DNA of 56,918 bases from a virus (lineage: Duplodnaviria > Caudoviricetes). The stretch covers positions 1 through 56,918 of IMG/VR virus record IMGVR_UViG_3300043410_002441, one strand, 5' to 3'. The translations under genes and the position numbers were made by a program. This document shows, one piece after another, positions 29,181 through 39,300 of the stretch. The number at the start of each line of letters is the position of its first letter. Position 1 is the first letter of the stretch. The notes under the pieces are model-generated. The model did no database searches. It worked only from the letters and a program-made list of their open reading frames with translations, and was not told the DNA's origin.

Positions 29181-30629
29181 TTAAATAATCTTATTTTTTT
29201 TAACTAAATTATCATTAAAATCATTAATGTGTTTAACTTCTTCAAAATCATATTCATAGCCAAGTTTATGTGTTCTATTAAAATCACTTAATCGTTTTTT
29301 ATAGGATCTCATTTTGTTTAAATGATACTTTAACCCAAGTCTTTTGTAATGTAATAACATCAATTTATTTTCAAATAACTTCACATTACCCGATGGTACC
29401 GCGAAATGACAACCACCCCTATAATTTATTTCATTAATTTCATTAGGCTTAAACATTACAAACTTATCGAAAAGATCGTTTCTATACCCAGTTTTAACCA
29501 AATTGGTTAATTTATCGGTATAATCAAATGAAAAGTCACTCGTAATCATATCATACCCAGTTGGTTTAACCACAGTATAATCACTGTTATGGAATTCTAG
29601 TATAGTTGATCTTAAATCATCCGCGTATAAAAACTCATCCATATCACAAACAATAACAATATCAGCGTTATTTTTAGAATTTTTCCAACCAGTGTTTTTT
29701 ATCTGTAAATAAGCATCATCCCTTATTTCACCATTAGTGTCATAAGATATTATAGTAACCTTAGGGTGTTTTTTTAATAATTTAGTGCTGTCATCATTTG
29801 ATTTATTATCGTAGACAAATATTCTAGAAACCAAATTTTCATAATGATTTAGGAAATAAGGTATCATTTTTTCTTCATTCCAACAAAGAACATGCATGTC
29901 TATTTTGGGTAAATCTTTATCAAAGATAACATGTTTAGTTTCTTCATTTAAACAAATTGGTAAATTTTTGGAGTACTTTGATTCAAATTTATTCTTATTG
30001 TCATTCCATTTTTGATTAACCATACCAACTGATTTGTGTAGAATCAAAATATTAGATATAAGGCCAACTTTAACCCCAGATAAAAAATTTTCAAAACAAA
30101 AACTTATATCATAAAAATGAAAACCATCAAAATCTTCATCAAAAACACATTTGATATTATTCTTATTAACAGCAAAAAATAAACCGTCAACAACAATCAT
30201 ATCTTTTATTTCATTCCCATAGTTTTGGGAATACTTGTTAGCCCATGTTTTTACACCATCGGTATGTTTAACAGTACCATGCATGGCGTTTCTTATCTCC
30301 CACCACATACCACTAATCATGTGGTTTGTACCAGCAACACCCAAAATACCATATTCTGGGTTTTTATTAAAGGCCTTTAATATTTTTTCACCCCAATTTT
30401 TTGTTTCAAATAAAATGTCATCATGACAAAAAACAACAATATCACTAGATGATTCAGCTAAACCTTTATTGTATATTTGGGTTAATGAATATTCACCGTT
30501 ATTTTCATACGGTAAAATTTCAACACCTTTATGAATACAGGTTTTCCTAAGGTGCTCAATAAAACTTTCATCTATTTTTCTTGTTGAAAAAACAACACTT
30601 ATTTTATAATCCATTATCCTCTTCTTCAA
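29181..30629 (-). CDS. Bi-domain GT2-like glycosyltransferase
   Basis: First domain YNKG...FCHDD...GFHFYD; second domain NEEKMIPYFLNHY...DNKSND...DMDEF. Confidence 0.85.
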   Translation of the reverse strand: MKKRIMDYKISVVFSTRKIDESFIEHLRKTCIHKGVEILPYENNGEYSLTQIYNKGLAESSSDIVVFCHDDILFETKNWGEKILKAFNKNPEYGILGVAGTNHMISGMWWEIRNAMHGTVKHTDGVKTWANKYSQNYGNEIKDMIVVDGLFFAVNKNNIKCVFDEDFDGFHFYDISFCFENFLSGVKVGLISNILILHKSVGMVNQKWNDNKNKFESKYSKNLPICLNEETKHVIFDKDLPKIDMHVLCWNEEKMIPYFLNHYENLVSRIFVYDNKSNDDSTKLLKKHPKVTIISYDTNGEIRDDAYLQIKNTGWKNSKNNADIVIVCDMDEFLYADDLRSTILEFHNSDYTVVKPTGYDMITSDFSFDYTDKLTNLVKTGYRNDLFDKFVMFKPNEINEINYRGGCHFAVPSGNVKLFENKLMLLHYKRLGLKYHLNKMRSYKKRLSDFNRTHKLGYEYDFEEVKHINDFNDNLVKKNKII

Positions 30630-30912
30630 TGATTAAACTTCTTTCCAGAATGTCATTTTTATATTTTAAAACAGGTATAATATGGTTTATTGTTTGGATG
30701 TAAATAAATTTTTGTTCAATTTCATCCAATTCGCGCTCAAGAAATGTCGCTAATTTATAATCCTCTGAATTTAATGGGTAAACAAATGCATATAAAACTT
30801 TATCACCAACCTGTATCCTTTTACCAGACCAAACAGTTTTATAGTCTATCTGGTTTAATATATCAGGGGTGATTGCTTTATACGCTTTTATTTGATCTTT
30901 AAATACTACCAT
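30604..30912 (-). CDS. Hypothetical protein
   Basis: 102-aa ORF coupled to the dUTPase stop. Confidence 0.6.
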   Translation of the reverse strand: MVVFKDQIKAYKAITPDILNQIDYKTVWSGKRIQVGDKVLYAFVYPLNSEDYKLATFLERELDEIEQKFIYIQTINHIIPVLKYKNDILERSLIIEEEDNGL

Positions 30913-31496
30913 TAATTGATACCTGTTGAACCAAAACCACCAGTACCTCTGTCGCTACTTGATAGTTGATCTGTTTTTATGAATTTAGTTTTACCCATTG
31001 TTTGTACAGCAGCGATAACACCTTGAGCAATTCTATCACCATTGTGTACGTAAAATGGGTTTGATGTGTCTGTATTGTATAAAATAACACCAATCTCACC
31101 TCTATAACCAGAATCAACAGTACCTGGACTATTTAAAACCATAATACCGTTTTTTAATGCCAAACCACTTCTTGATCTAACTTGTAATTCATACCCTAAA
31201 GGTATTTCAAAATACAAACCAGTTGGTATTAACATTCTTTGCCCTGGCTCTATTTCAATAGGCTTGTTAACAAAAGCTCTAATATCAAAACCACTATCAC
31301 CTTCTTTTTCATACGTAGGGTCTGGGTTATTTGATTTATTAATAAAAGAAATTTTTAATTTAACTGACATTGTTTCCGCGTCATAATCCCAATCACCCAT
31401 CATGTGTTTAGTTTGATTTAGAATTTCATCCAATTCATTTTTTGTTTCATCATCAAAAAATTCACCCATGTCTAAATTTTCCAAGTTGTTATTCAT
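30912..31496 (-). CDS. dut: Trimeric dUTPase
   Basis: SGFDI, RSRSGLA, GTVDSGYRGE, GDRIAQ, RGTGGFGSTG. Confidence 0.96.
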   Translation of the reverse strand: MNNNLENLDMGEFFDDETKNELDEILNQTKHMMGDWDYDAETMSVKLKISFINKSNNPDPTYEKEGDSGFDIRAFVNKPIEIEPGQRMLIPTGLYFEIPLGYELQVRSRSGLALKNGIMVLNSPGTVDSGYRGEIGVILYNTDTSNPFYVHNGDRIAQGVIAAVQTMGKTKFIKTDQLSSSDRGTGGFGSTGIN

Positions 31497-31498
31497 AG

Positions 31499-32719
31499 TT
31501 ATATTAATGTTTTATAAATTTGTGCTCTTAATTTTGTTACGTAATTTATATCATACTTATCTTTAACAGTTTCGTATAATTTTTCACCCAAATCTTTAGC
31601 TAAGTTAGGGTTATCGATTAATCTTTTAACGTGTTGACTCCATTGTTTATGGTTTTTACTTGGCTCAACTAATAAAGAATTACCTTTATCGTTAAAACCA
31701 CCACCTTTTTCAATAGCCGAAACAAGGTCAATTGTATACGGACCATAGTTTTGTGCGATTATAGCTTTTTTATGAAAACCAGCTTCAATAACTTTTAATT
31801 GAGATTTATATTTGTTAAACGCACTATCATTTAATGGAGCTAAAGCCACATCAAATTCATTATAACCTTTTGCGTAGGTTTCAATAGGTTTTGTCCAAAT
31901 TCTTCTATACGGCATATTTTTATCATCATAGAATAAACCTTGATCAAATTTCAATAAATGTTTTACATACTCTTGGTCTTTGATGGTTTTAAAATGATCG
32001 GTTAAGAATATTTCATACATGAACCAGGTTGTTTCAACTGGTTGCATATCTCTTTCCATAACTTGGCCAGTTTCTGGGTGTATTGCTTTAACTTTACCTC
32101 TTGTATCATAACCACACAACACAATCTGCATTTTATCCTCATACTCTTTAGATCTTTGTGTAACACCCCTTAAAAGCTCAATGTCTTTTATATGCGATGA
32201 ACCACCAAGCCATCCAAATCTCAATCTATCTGATTCACTTAATTGTGGTTTAAACTGAGGTTCATTAGGGTTAACGGCATTAGCCAATACAACACAATTC
32301 TTATTATATTTAAGAACCTCTTTTTGTAGTAAGTGTGTTGATACAGTGACTAAGTCAGCTTCTTTAATAATGCTAACAGTGTGATAAGGTATATCATTCT
32401 TTTTTGATGTTTGGTATAAACCATGTGATGGGTCTAAATTCCAGTGGTCATCGTAATCAACAATAACTTTACCACCAAAAGATTTGATTTTTTTAATAAT
32501 ATCAACACCCTGTAGATAATTACCACCTGGAGCTCTATGAAAAAAGAATAATTGGAATTTTTTTAAATAATTATCATTATTAAAATCAACATTTTCATTA
32601 ATTTCAACAAAAAACTCATCCGAATTATTATTTTGTAAAGTTACATGCGGGTCAACGCATCTAAATTTACCAGATCCAGCTCTATCGTTTGGCTGTACTA
32701 ATATATTAATCTTACTCAT
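31499..32719 (-). CDS. GT-B glycosyltransferase
   Basis: DYDDHW, GWLGGSSH..D, DVALAPL...FNKYKSQLKVIEAG. Confidence 0.85.
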   Translation of the reverse strand: MSKINILVQPNDRAGSGKFRCVDPHVTLQNNNSDEFFVEINENVDFNNDNYLKKFQLFFFHRAPGGNYLQGVDIIKKIKSFGGKVIVDYDDHWNLDPSHGLYQTSKKNDIPYHTVSIIKEADLVTVSTHLLQKEVLKYNKNCVVLANAVNPNEPQFKPQLSESDRLRFGWLGGSSHIKDIELLRGVTQRSKEYEDKMQIVLCGYDTRGKVKAIHPETGQVMERDMQPVETTWFMYEIFLTDHFKTIKDQEYVKHLLKFDQGLFYDDKNMPYRRIWTKPIETYAKGYNEFDVALAPLNDSAFNKYKSQLKVIEAGFHKKAIIAQNYGPYTIDLVSAIEKGGGFNDKGNSLLVEPSKNHKQWSQHVKRLIDNPNLAKDLGEKLYETVKDKYDINYVTKLRAQIYKTLI

Positions 32720-32779
32720 TTTATTATGTTTACATAATAATAGTAAAAATCAGGGAAAAATCAAAATATAATGCTAAAT

Positions 32780-33529
32780 TTATTTTGGTACAACCACACC
32801 TCTCCTGCTCACAACATCAGAAGCTTTAGTGTTTGCAAAATATATTGACATCTTAATGTCGTTAGTTTCGTAGTATTTTATTATAAATGATGCGGTAAAA
32901 GTGTCACCAGCACCACTTACATCTATTGTATCTCTGGGTACTGGAGATGGATAAACATCACCCTTATATTCAGCACCTTTTTTACCAAGGGTTGTTATTA
33001 TGTTTAAATCCGTGATAAAACTATCTTTTTGTTGTGATCTTTCTTGTTTGTTTAATTTAATAAAGGTAAAATCTTTAAATATCGGTAACATAAGTCTTTT
33101 ACTATCAAGTATTGAGCATTTTGAGTGGTGTGCTATCATACTGAGAGTTTCATTTGTTAAAAACCCTTTATTATAATCACTAACAATAACAATATCTGAT
33201 GACGAAATTTGTTCTATTAAATCTTCATTTAAAATTAAAGGTTTAATATCTTTTTCACCCTCATCAACTCGAATAATCATTTGATTACTTTGCTCATCAA
33301 CAAATCTTGTTTTAATTATTTTAGATTCTTGATGGATGGAACTTATTTCACAATCTGGTTTTATTGCTCTTATGTTTTCAACAACATTACCAGCCATACC
33401 AGGATTTTTTGTTGTTTTATATGGGTTTAATATTGGTACTGGTGCTTCTGGACAAAGCCTAGTTACGTTACCATATATAAACTTATCAACGCAAGTTTCA
33501 CCTATAACAAGTATTTTTATCTTATTCAT
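32780..33529 (-). CDS. RfaE/HldE-like heptose-phosphate kinase (PfkB family)
   Basis: RLCPEAPVP, GMAGNV, SDYNKG, DVSGAGDTF. Confidence 0.9.
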   Translation of the reverse strand: MNKIKILVIGETCVDKFIYGNVTRLCPEAPVPILNPYKTTKNPGMAGNVVENIRAIKPDCEISSIHQESKIIKTRFVDEQSNQMIIRVDEGEKDIKPLILNEDLIEQISSSDIVIVSDYNKGFLTNETLSMIAHHSKCSILDSKRLMLPIFKDFTFIKLNKQERSQQKDSFITDLNIITTLGKKGAEYKGDVYPSPVPRDTIDVSGAGDTFTASFIIKYYETNDIKMSIYFANTKASDVVSRRGVVVPK

Positions 33530-33533
33530 TTAA

Positions 33534-33565
33534 CAAAAATATAAAAAAAAATGGGGAATATCAAA
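33534..33565 (-). promoter_or_regulatory. Bacteroidota-type promoter
   Basis: TTTG-N20-TATTTTTG; overlaps the terminator. Confidence 0.5.
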
Positions 33566-33573
33566 TTCCCCAT
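33543..33573 (-). terminator. Intrinsic terminator
   Basis: ATGGGGAAT/ATTCCCCAT stem with a T tract on the minus strand. Confidence 0.8.
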
Positions 33574-33602
33574 CATTAATTATTGTTAATTTTTTTAACA
33601 AA

Positions 33603-33791
33603 TTATTGTTTTTCTTCGTTAATAATCTGATCAAATTTACCCTCTTTAGCGGCCTCAACAAAATCAGCGAATTGGTTTTTGGTCCAAGTTGTTATACCTT
33701 CTGGACCCTCTTTATCACCCAATACAATTGCATTTTCTTGTACCTCAATAACTGGACAACATTTGTTTTTACAAAATTTAATTACGTGCAT
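33603..33791 (-). CDS. DUF397-like small protein
   Basis: CPVIEV...LGD...GP...WT..QFADFVEAAKEGKF resembles DUF397 CVEV..RDS.GP.L.F...W.AF..G.K.GEF. Confidence 0.5.
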   Translation of the reverse strand: MHVIKFCKNKCCPVIEVQENAIVLGDKEGPEGITTWTKNQFADFVEAAKEGKFDQIINEEKQ

Positions 33792-33795
33792 TTCT

Positions 33796-34410
33796 TTACT
33801 TTTTAGTGGTTTTATTATTATTTTCTTTCAATACATTTAGTTTACCGCCAAAAACTTTATCACCAATTTTAATTTGGAAATTTTCATCGATGCTAGTTTT
33901 TTTAGCTTGTTCTTCAAGAACAGTTTCAACCGTTTTTTTAATTATAAACTCAATTAAGTCTCTGTCCATTGTTAAACCAGTTGATTGTTGTGTTTGAACA
34001 GCTGGTTTTGATTGTGGTCTAGCCATCTCTTCAATTTGTTTCATTTTAGGTTGTGTTTTTGCAACCTGTTCCATAACGCTATCTAAACCAACGGGTACCG
34101 TTGGATCAACAATTGGGTTATCAATAAATGATTGTAATATTTCTTTTGGCATTTTTGATGACGAAATATTTTTCATATTGTTTTTAGGAACACCACCACC
34201 AACGCTTCTTGTTCTAGCAGCAACTTGTTCCTCAGTTAAATATTCTGGTTCACGTTCTTGGTATTCATCTGAATACATTTCTCTGTTAATACCGCTGATA
34301 CCTCTGTCTTGCATCATTTTACCACCAGTATTTGCTTCAACTTTTTCCATTACAGCTCTTGCTTTTAATATACCTTGAGCTAATAACGTTTCTTTATCTT
34401 TATTATCCAT
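33796..34410 (-). CDS. Hypothetical protein
   Basis: 204-aa ORF in the late operon. Confidence 0.7.
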   Translation of the reverse strand: MDNKDKETLLAQGILKARAVMEKVEANTGGKMMQDRGISGINREMYSDEYQEREPEYLTEEQVAARTRSVGGGVPKNNMKNISSSKMPKEILQSFIDNPIVDPTVPVGLDSVMEQVAKTQPKMKQIEEMARPQSKPAVQTQQSTGLTMDRDLIEFIIKKTVETVLEEQAKKTSIDENFQIKIGDKVFGGKLNVLKENNNKTTKK

Positions 34411-34984
34411 ATATGTTATATATCCAATTTAAAAATCCAGAGCTATGTTCAGTTAATTTTTCCTCTGGTTCATTATCAGGGACATTTTGTCCTTGAGATT
34501 GTCCTTGAGGATTAACTGGTTTCTCTTCTGGTTTATTTTCAGGTTTATTTTCTGGCCTTTTTTTATTTATATCAATTTTAATTTCTGGTTTATCGTTTAA
34601 CATTTTTTTATCACCACTTAGATTGAAACCAGGCCCATCTGGTTTATCGAAATAACCATATTTTTGTAAAATATATGGTTTATCATCACCACCTAAGAGT
34701 GTAATATTATTCATTTCATCAACCAAAAACGTTTTCCAAGCTCTATTATTAGTGTTGCTAGTACCACTTTTTTGATACGCTCTTAACATCCATCTGTTTC
34801 CCTCACCCTTACTTTTACCTAAATCGGTTGGTTGAGCAAATCTCCAGTTTTGTTTAGTGTATTTTTTATTTTTAGGATCGCTAACTTTGACACCTCTATA
34901 CCAAAACGAAATCTCCACCTTATTTTCAATTGCTTGACGTAATAAGGATAATTTTTCGTTCTCGTTTTGTTCAATAATAAGCAT
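34403..34984 (-). CDS. Stand-alone WYL-domain protein
   Basis: LRQAIENKVEISFWY...R...P..LG...WMLRAY...WKTFLVDEM WYL pattern; no HTH. Confidence 0.7.
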   Translation of the reverse strand: MLIIEQNENEKLSLLRQAIENKVEISFWYRGVKVSDPKNKKYTKQNWRFAQPTDLGKSKGEGNRWMLRAYQKSGTSNTNNRAWKTFLVDEMNNITLLGGDDKPYILQKYGYFDKPDGPGFNLSGDKKMLNDKPEIKIDINKKRPENKPENKPEEKPVNPQGQSQGQNVPDNEPEEKLTEHSSGFLNWIYNIYG

Positions 34985-35001
34985 AATCTAAAAAAAATAA
35001 A

Positions 35002-35268
35002 TTAAATAACAGAAGAATCTGGGTAAGTGTTAGTGTCTTTGTAATCGTTAATTGCAACTAATTTAGATCTTTCAGCGACATCAGTAGCATTACCGATATC
35101 ACCTTTACCTTTTTCGTCACCATCACTAATAGCGTTTTTATTTGTAGCGCTATATTCAAATGAATTTGGTTTATATTCATTAACAGGAATTAACTTACCG
35201 TATAATTCTTGGGTTGCAACATCTCTTAATTGTGTTGACGCTGGTACTTTTAAAATATTGTCAGCCAT
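35002..35268 (-). CDS. Hypothetical protein
   Basis: 88-aa ORF with a SDGDEKGKG segment. Confidence 0.7.
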   Translation of the reverse strand: MADNILKVPASTQLRDVATQELYGKLIPVNEYKPNSFEYSATNKNAISDGDEKGKGDIGNATDVAERSKLVAINDYKDTNTYPDSSVI

Positions 35269-35270
35269 GA

Positions 35271-35765
35271 TTAAATTTTATTTATTAGTTTTTTTATTCT
35301 ATTAAGATCTTCAAGTAAAGCGCTATTGAACATTATGTCTGGTGTATCCATAATCCTATCATCTAAACTAGTGTCAAAATCATCACCATCAGAATCTTTT
35401 CTAAATTGATTATCCATACCAGCGTTTGTTCTGGCAACTTTATTACCTTCAACTCTTTCTCTCTCCCTTTTTATCAAATCTTGTACCCAGTTGTTCATTG
35501 CTTTACCACCATTTAGGTCGTATTCAACTCTATCTACATTATTTGGGTCCAAATTATCAAAATACCTTTTGATGTTAACTAAATTAACAAAGGGTTGGTT
35601 TGGGTTATTAACCAAATGATTAGCTCTTTTATAACCTTTTGAGGTTTTATGCTCATCATGTTTATTTATAGCATGCTGTACATAAATTAAAACTTCCTTT
35701 GGTATCTCATAAAAGTTACCAACTAATTTAGAGTTTTCTTCATTTATGTTTGGGTTATTGCTCAT
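35271..35765 (-). CDS. Hypothetical protein
   Basis: 164-aa ORF with INE/LLE sites at its ends. Confidence 0.7.
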   Translation of the reverse strand: MSNNPNINEENSKLVGNFYEIPKEVLIYVQHAINKHDEHKTSKGYKRANHLVNNPNQPFVNLVNIKRYFDNLDPNNVDRVEYDLNGGKAMNNWVQDLIKRERERVEGNKVARTNAGMDNQFRKDSDGDDFDTSLDDRIMDTPDIMFNSALLEDLNRIKKLINKI

Positions 35766-36327
35766 TTTTTAAACCATTTTCAAAATAAGATAGTAATAAT
35801 TTTTTTTCACCATCATTTAAATTTTCTTTGAAGAATTCTAAAATTTTGTCAAATTTATCAAAAAGTAATTTTTCTTTATCTTTTATTTCTTCAATAGTTG
35901 TGGGCATTTCTCTAGAGATAAGATAATCGTTATCTTTTCTTTTAGAGAGTAGGTCCTCGAGCATTTTAAACGCTTTTTCTTTGGCTATTTCTTTTAACTT
36001 ATCCTTTGGATCAGCGGGTTTTACATCTTTTCTGGGTTTTACTTCAGTAAAATAATCCTCAAAAGTATGGTCCATACCCTTTTTTTCTAAAAATTCATAA
36101 AACTTTTTAGGGTCATCTTTACATAGATCAGCCTCATTGTTAAAAGGCAATACAGACTCACCATAATATCTTCTATAGTTTTGGAAGACAAATGGTTGTC
36201 TAGTCATTAAGATAGTGGCATCAGTTGTTTTATTAGTTGTGTTGTTATAATCAATATGATTTCTATCACCACTAATTATATCCCCATCCTGATCAATAAA
36301 TTCATTTATGTCTTTATTAGTTTTCAT
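35755..36327 (-). CDS. Hypothetical protein
   Basis: 190-aa ORF, first gene after the late motif at 36341. Confidence 0.7.
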   Translation of the reverse strand: MKTNKDINEFIDQDGDIISGDRNHIDYNNTTNKTTDATILMTRQPFVFQNYRRYYGESVLPFNNEADLCKDDPKKFYEFLEKKGMDHTFEDYFTEVKPRKDVKPADPKDKLKEIAKEKAFKMLEDLLSKRKDNDYLISREMPTTIEEIKDKEKLLFDKFDKILEFFKENLNDGEKKLLLSYFENGLKNEQ

Positions 36328-36372
36328 CCAATATTTTATCTATAAATATCGGTGATTTGGGTAATATTTCAA

Positions 36373-39300
36373 CTAAACCGTAAATTCTTCGTCTAAACCA
36401 GGTATTTTGAGGGTTACGGTTTCAGAAAACCAATAATCTGGTTCATAATCCATCTTTTTCCAGAATTCTTTTTCCATCTGAGATGGTGTGAAAAACTCAT
36501 GTAGGGTATCTTGATCCTCAATATCAGTAGGTTGGTCATTAACCAATTCTAGTTCAGATTTTAAGAACATTTGTTTATCTTCTGGTTTCCTTATTAAGAT
36601 TTTATCCCTAACATCAAGTGAAAAAGCGACTAAAAGTGGTTGAACTTTATTATTTAAAGCTTCTAAATATTTTGGTACATTATATTCACCAATATAGTTA
36701 GGTTGATTTTCTATAATATCGTTTGGTACCAAAGTAGCATACATATTACCATGCTTATCTTCTTGGGCATCACCATGTGATTTTGTTTTACCATTATTCA
36801 CATAATAAATTACATCACCAAGATTCACATCTAAATTATGCTTAATAGCTAATTCCATATGGGCTTGCTTAGCTAATTGTTTACCATTTTTATCGGTACC
36901 ACGATTAACATAACCATTTATAGATTTTTTAACTTTAGCTTTTGTCGCTATTTTAGCCAAAGGTATTTCTTTATTATAAACTTTTTCAGCGTATTGATAG
37001 TAATACTGAACAAAACCATACCCATCACCATTTAACAACATTTTCATAGCAACAGCTAAAAATTCTTCAATATAAACTGGCATGGCTTTAGATTTAATAC
37101 TATTACCAGTTAAACTAATTGATCCGTCATCTTCCAATAAAGCGTAGTTCTTTCTTGATAAATTGATTGTTGCTGGCCAAATACCATCTAAACCAAGACC
37201 CATTTCACCACGCATGTACGTATCATTAAACTCCGCAACAACAGCTTTAACACCAGTATATTCCTTACCAGCTTCCACTTCATCGTTTAACCCTTTACCA
37301 ACATACGTATATGGTTCACCAGTTTTTGGTGCCATAAAGTTAACACCGTCCGTATCAAGTACCAAAGGTGTATAACCTCTTTTCATAAAGAATTTAACCA
37401 TTAATCTCAAATACTGTCTAGCTGTACATGTAATTCGTTCACTGACATCTATCTCAGCCCATTGAAACGCCATTGGTGCGCCCAAGGCACCGAACATCGA
37501 GTTAATGAAGATTTTAAGTGGTAATTGTTTGCGTTTATATTTGTCTGCTAATTGGTGGTTACCTTCTTTTTTGTATTTACTAGCTAAGTTTTTAGCTTTA
37601 AAACGTTCTGTGTGGAAATACTTTAACATGGCTTTCATCGCCCCATTAACATCCACACTAGGGAACACATCGTGGGCCAACTGTATCGCTGGATAAAGTG
37701 AGTTGTAGTCCATCTTTCTAAGGGTGGTTGAGTAACCAACTTTAAATAATCTTGATAAACCACCTGTATAATCTCTTTTTACATCAGATACTGGAATAGC
37801 TAAATCATTCTCAAATGAATATGTCATCATTAACAATTTCCATAAACCAGCTGTACCCATTGTTGAAACTCTTTGGTATGTGGTTGGTATCAATTTAGCC
37901 AACATAAATGACGTTTGGTTATAAACAGCATCAACTTCCATTGTTTCCCACAAGTCATCAATAAGATAACGCTCAACAATGTATTTACCATCAACTTCTT
38001 GAAACGTATCAATATAGCTACGTAAAGCACTTAACAAACCCTTAAGATATTTAAAAGTTTTTGGTGCTCTCATGTCTAATTGAGCTAAACCAGTACCGAT
38101 ACCCATTTTTGGGAATACGATTGTTTTACCTAATTTGATTTGCTCTATAATTTTGTTTATGTCAGAATCAATGTGTTTTTTAATATTATCAAAATCTTTA
38201 TCATTAAAATAAGATTCTGGGTTTGAATCTGGTGAATGTTTAGTTACAATCCCAATAACGTTTGGTTCACCACGCATTTCTTTTGCTTGACCACCAAGAC
38301 CTTCTCGCATCATATTATCCCCAAATACAAATATTTTATTTGGGTTGGCTTGAATATCCTCTCTACGGATATAATCCATAAACTCCAGAGCGGGTTTTGT
38401 TTTAGCGTATGAACCTGTTCTATCGTCAAAATAAAATTTATCCTTTGAATACCATGTATTACCAATCCTATCACCAACAATATAAACACGGTTCTTTTTG
38501 GCGATTTTGTTGTATTTACACACATACTTTAAACTAGTTGATTTCATACTAGAATCAATCGCTTGGGCACGTCTAGCTGAGTGTATGATGTCAATTATGC
38601 TATAACCAAACATATTTGTTTGAGTGTAGTTTTCAACTTCATTACCCAATTTTAACATACCATCTTTGTTGTTGATTAATTCACCAACTTTAAGGGTTAT
38701 TGCAATTTGTGTAATATCTAAACCAAGAACCTCACATCTTTTAAAGAAAAACGGCCAGTCAAAGTTTGCGCTGTTATAACCCGCAATAATTGTTGGTTTT
38801 ATTTCATTAATTCTTTCAAAAAACTTTATAATTGCTTGTCTTTCAGATTCATCATCATCTTCAACAGGTATAATTTCCTGAAAACCTTTATTTGTGTAAA
38901 TACCAATTAAGAAAATACGATTAATTGCTGGATCCAAGCCTGTTGTCTCTAAGTCAAATATGTATTTATGGATTTCATCGTATTCTTCAAAACCCTTAAA
39001 TAATCGTTTACCTGTATGGATGAAATATTGCTCAACTGGCGAAAGCATCAAAAAATGCGATCTAATGTCATGTCTTGTATCATAAACATAAATCCCACCT
39101 TCCCTAAAAAAATCTAACATTCTTTTGTGGCCCTGAGTACAAGTTACTAAATAACGGTAACCCTCATGTAATTTTGGGTGATCGCCACCTAAAGCTTTTA
39201 TCTCAATCCCAAATCTTTGTCTAGCGGCTTTAATTTTAGAATCGCTATTACCGTAAAAATTAACGAGTTCCTTAATTTTATTAAGGTTTTTAATCCACAT

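Noticed and set aside
38005-38395. Intein in DNA polymerase
   Set aside because: No Cys/Ser start, no His-Asn end and no LAGLIDADG motifs; treated as a domain insertion.
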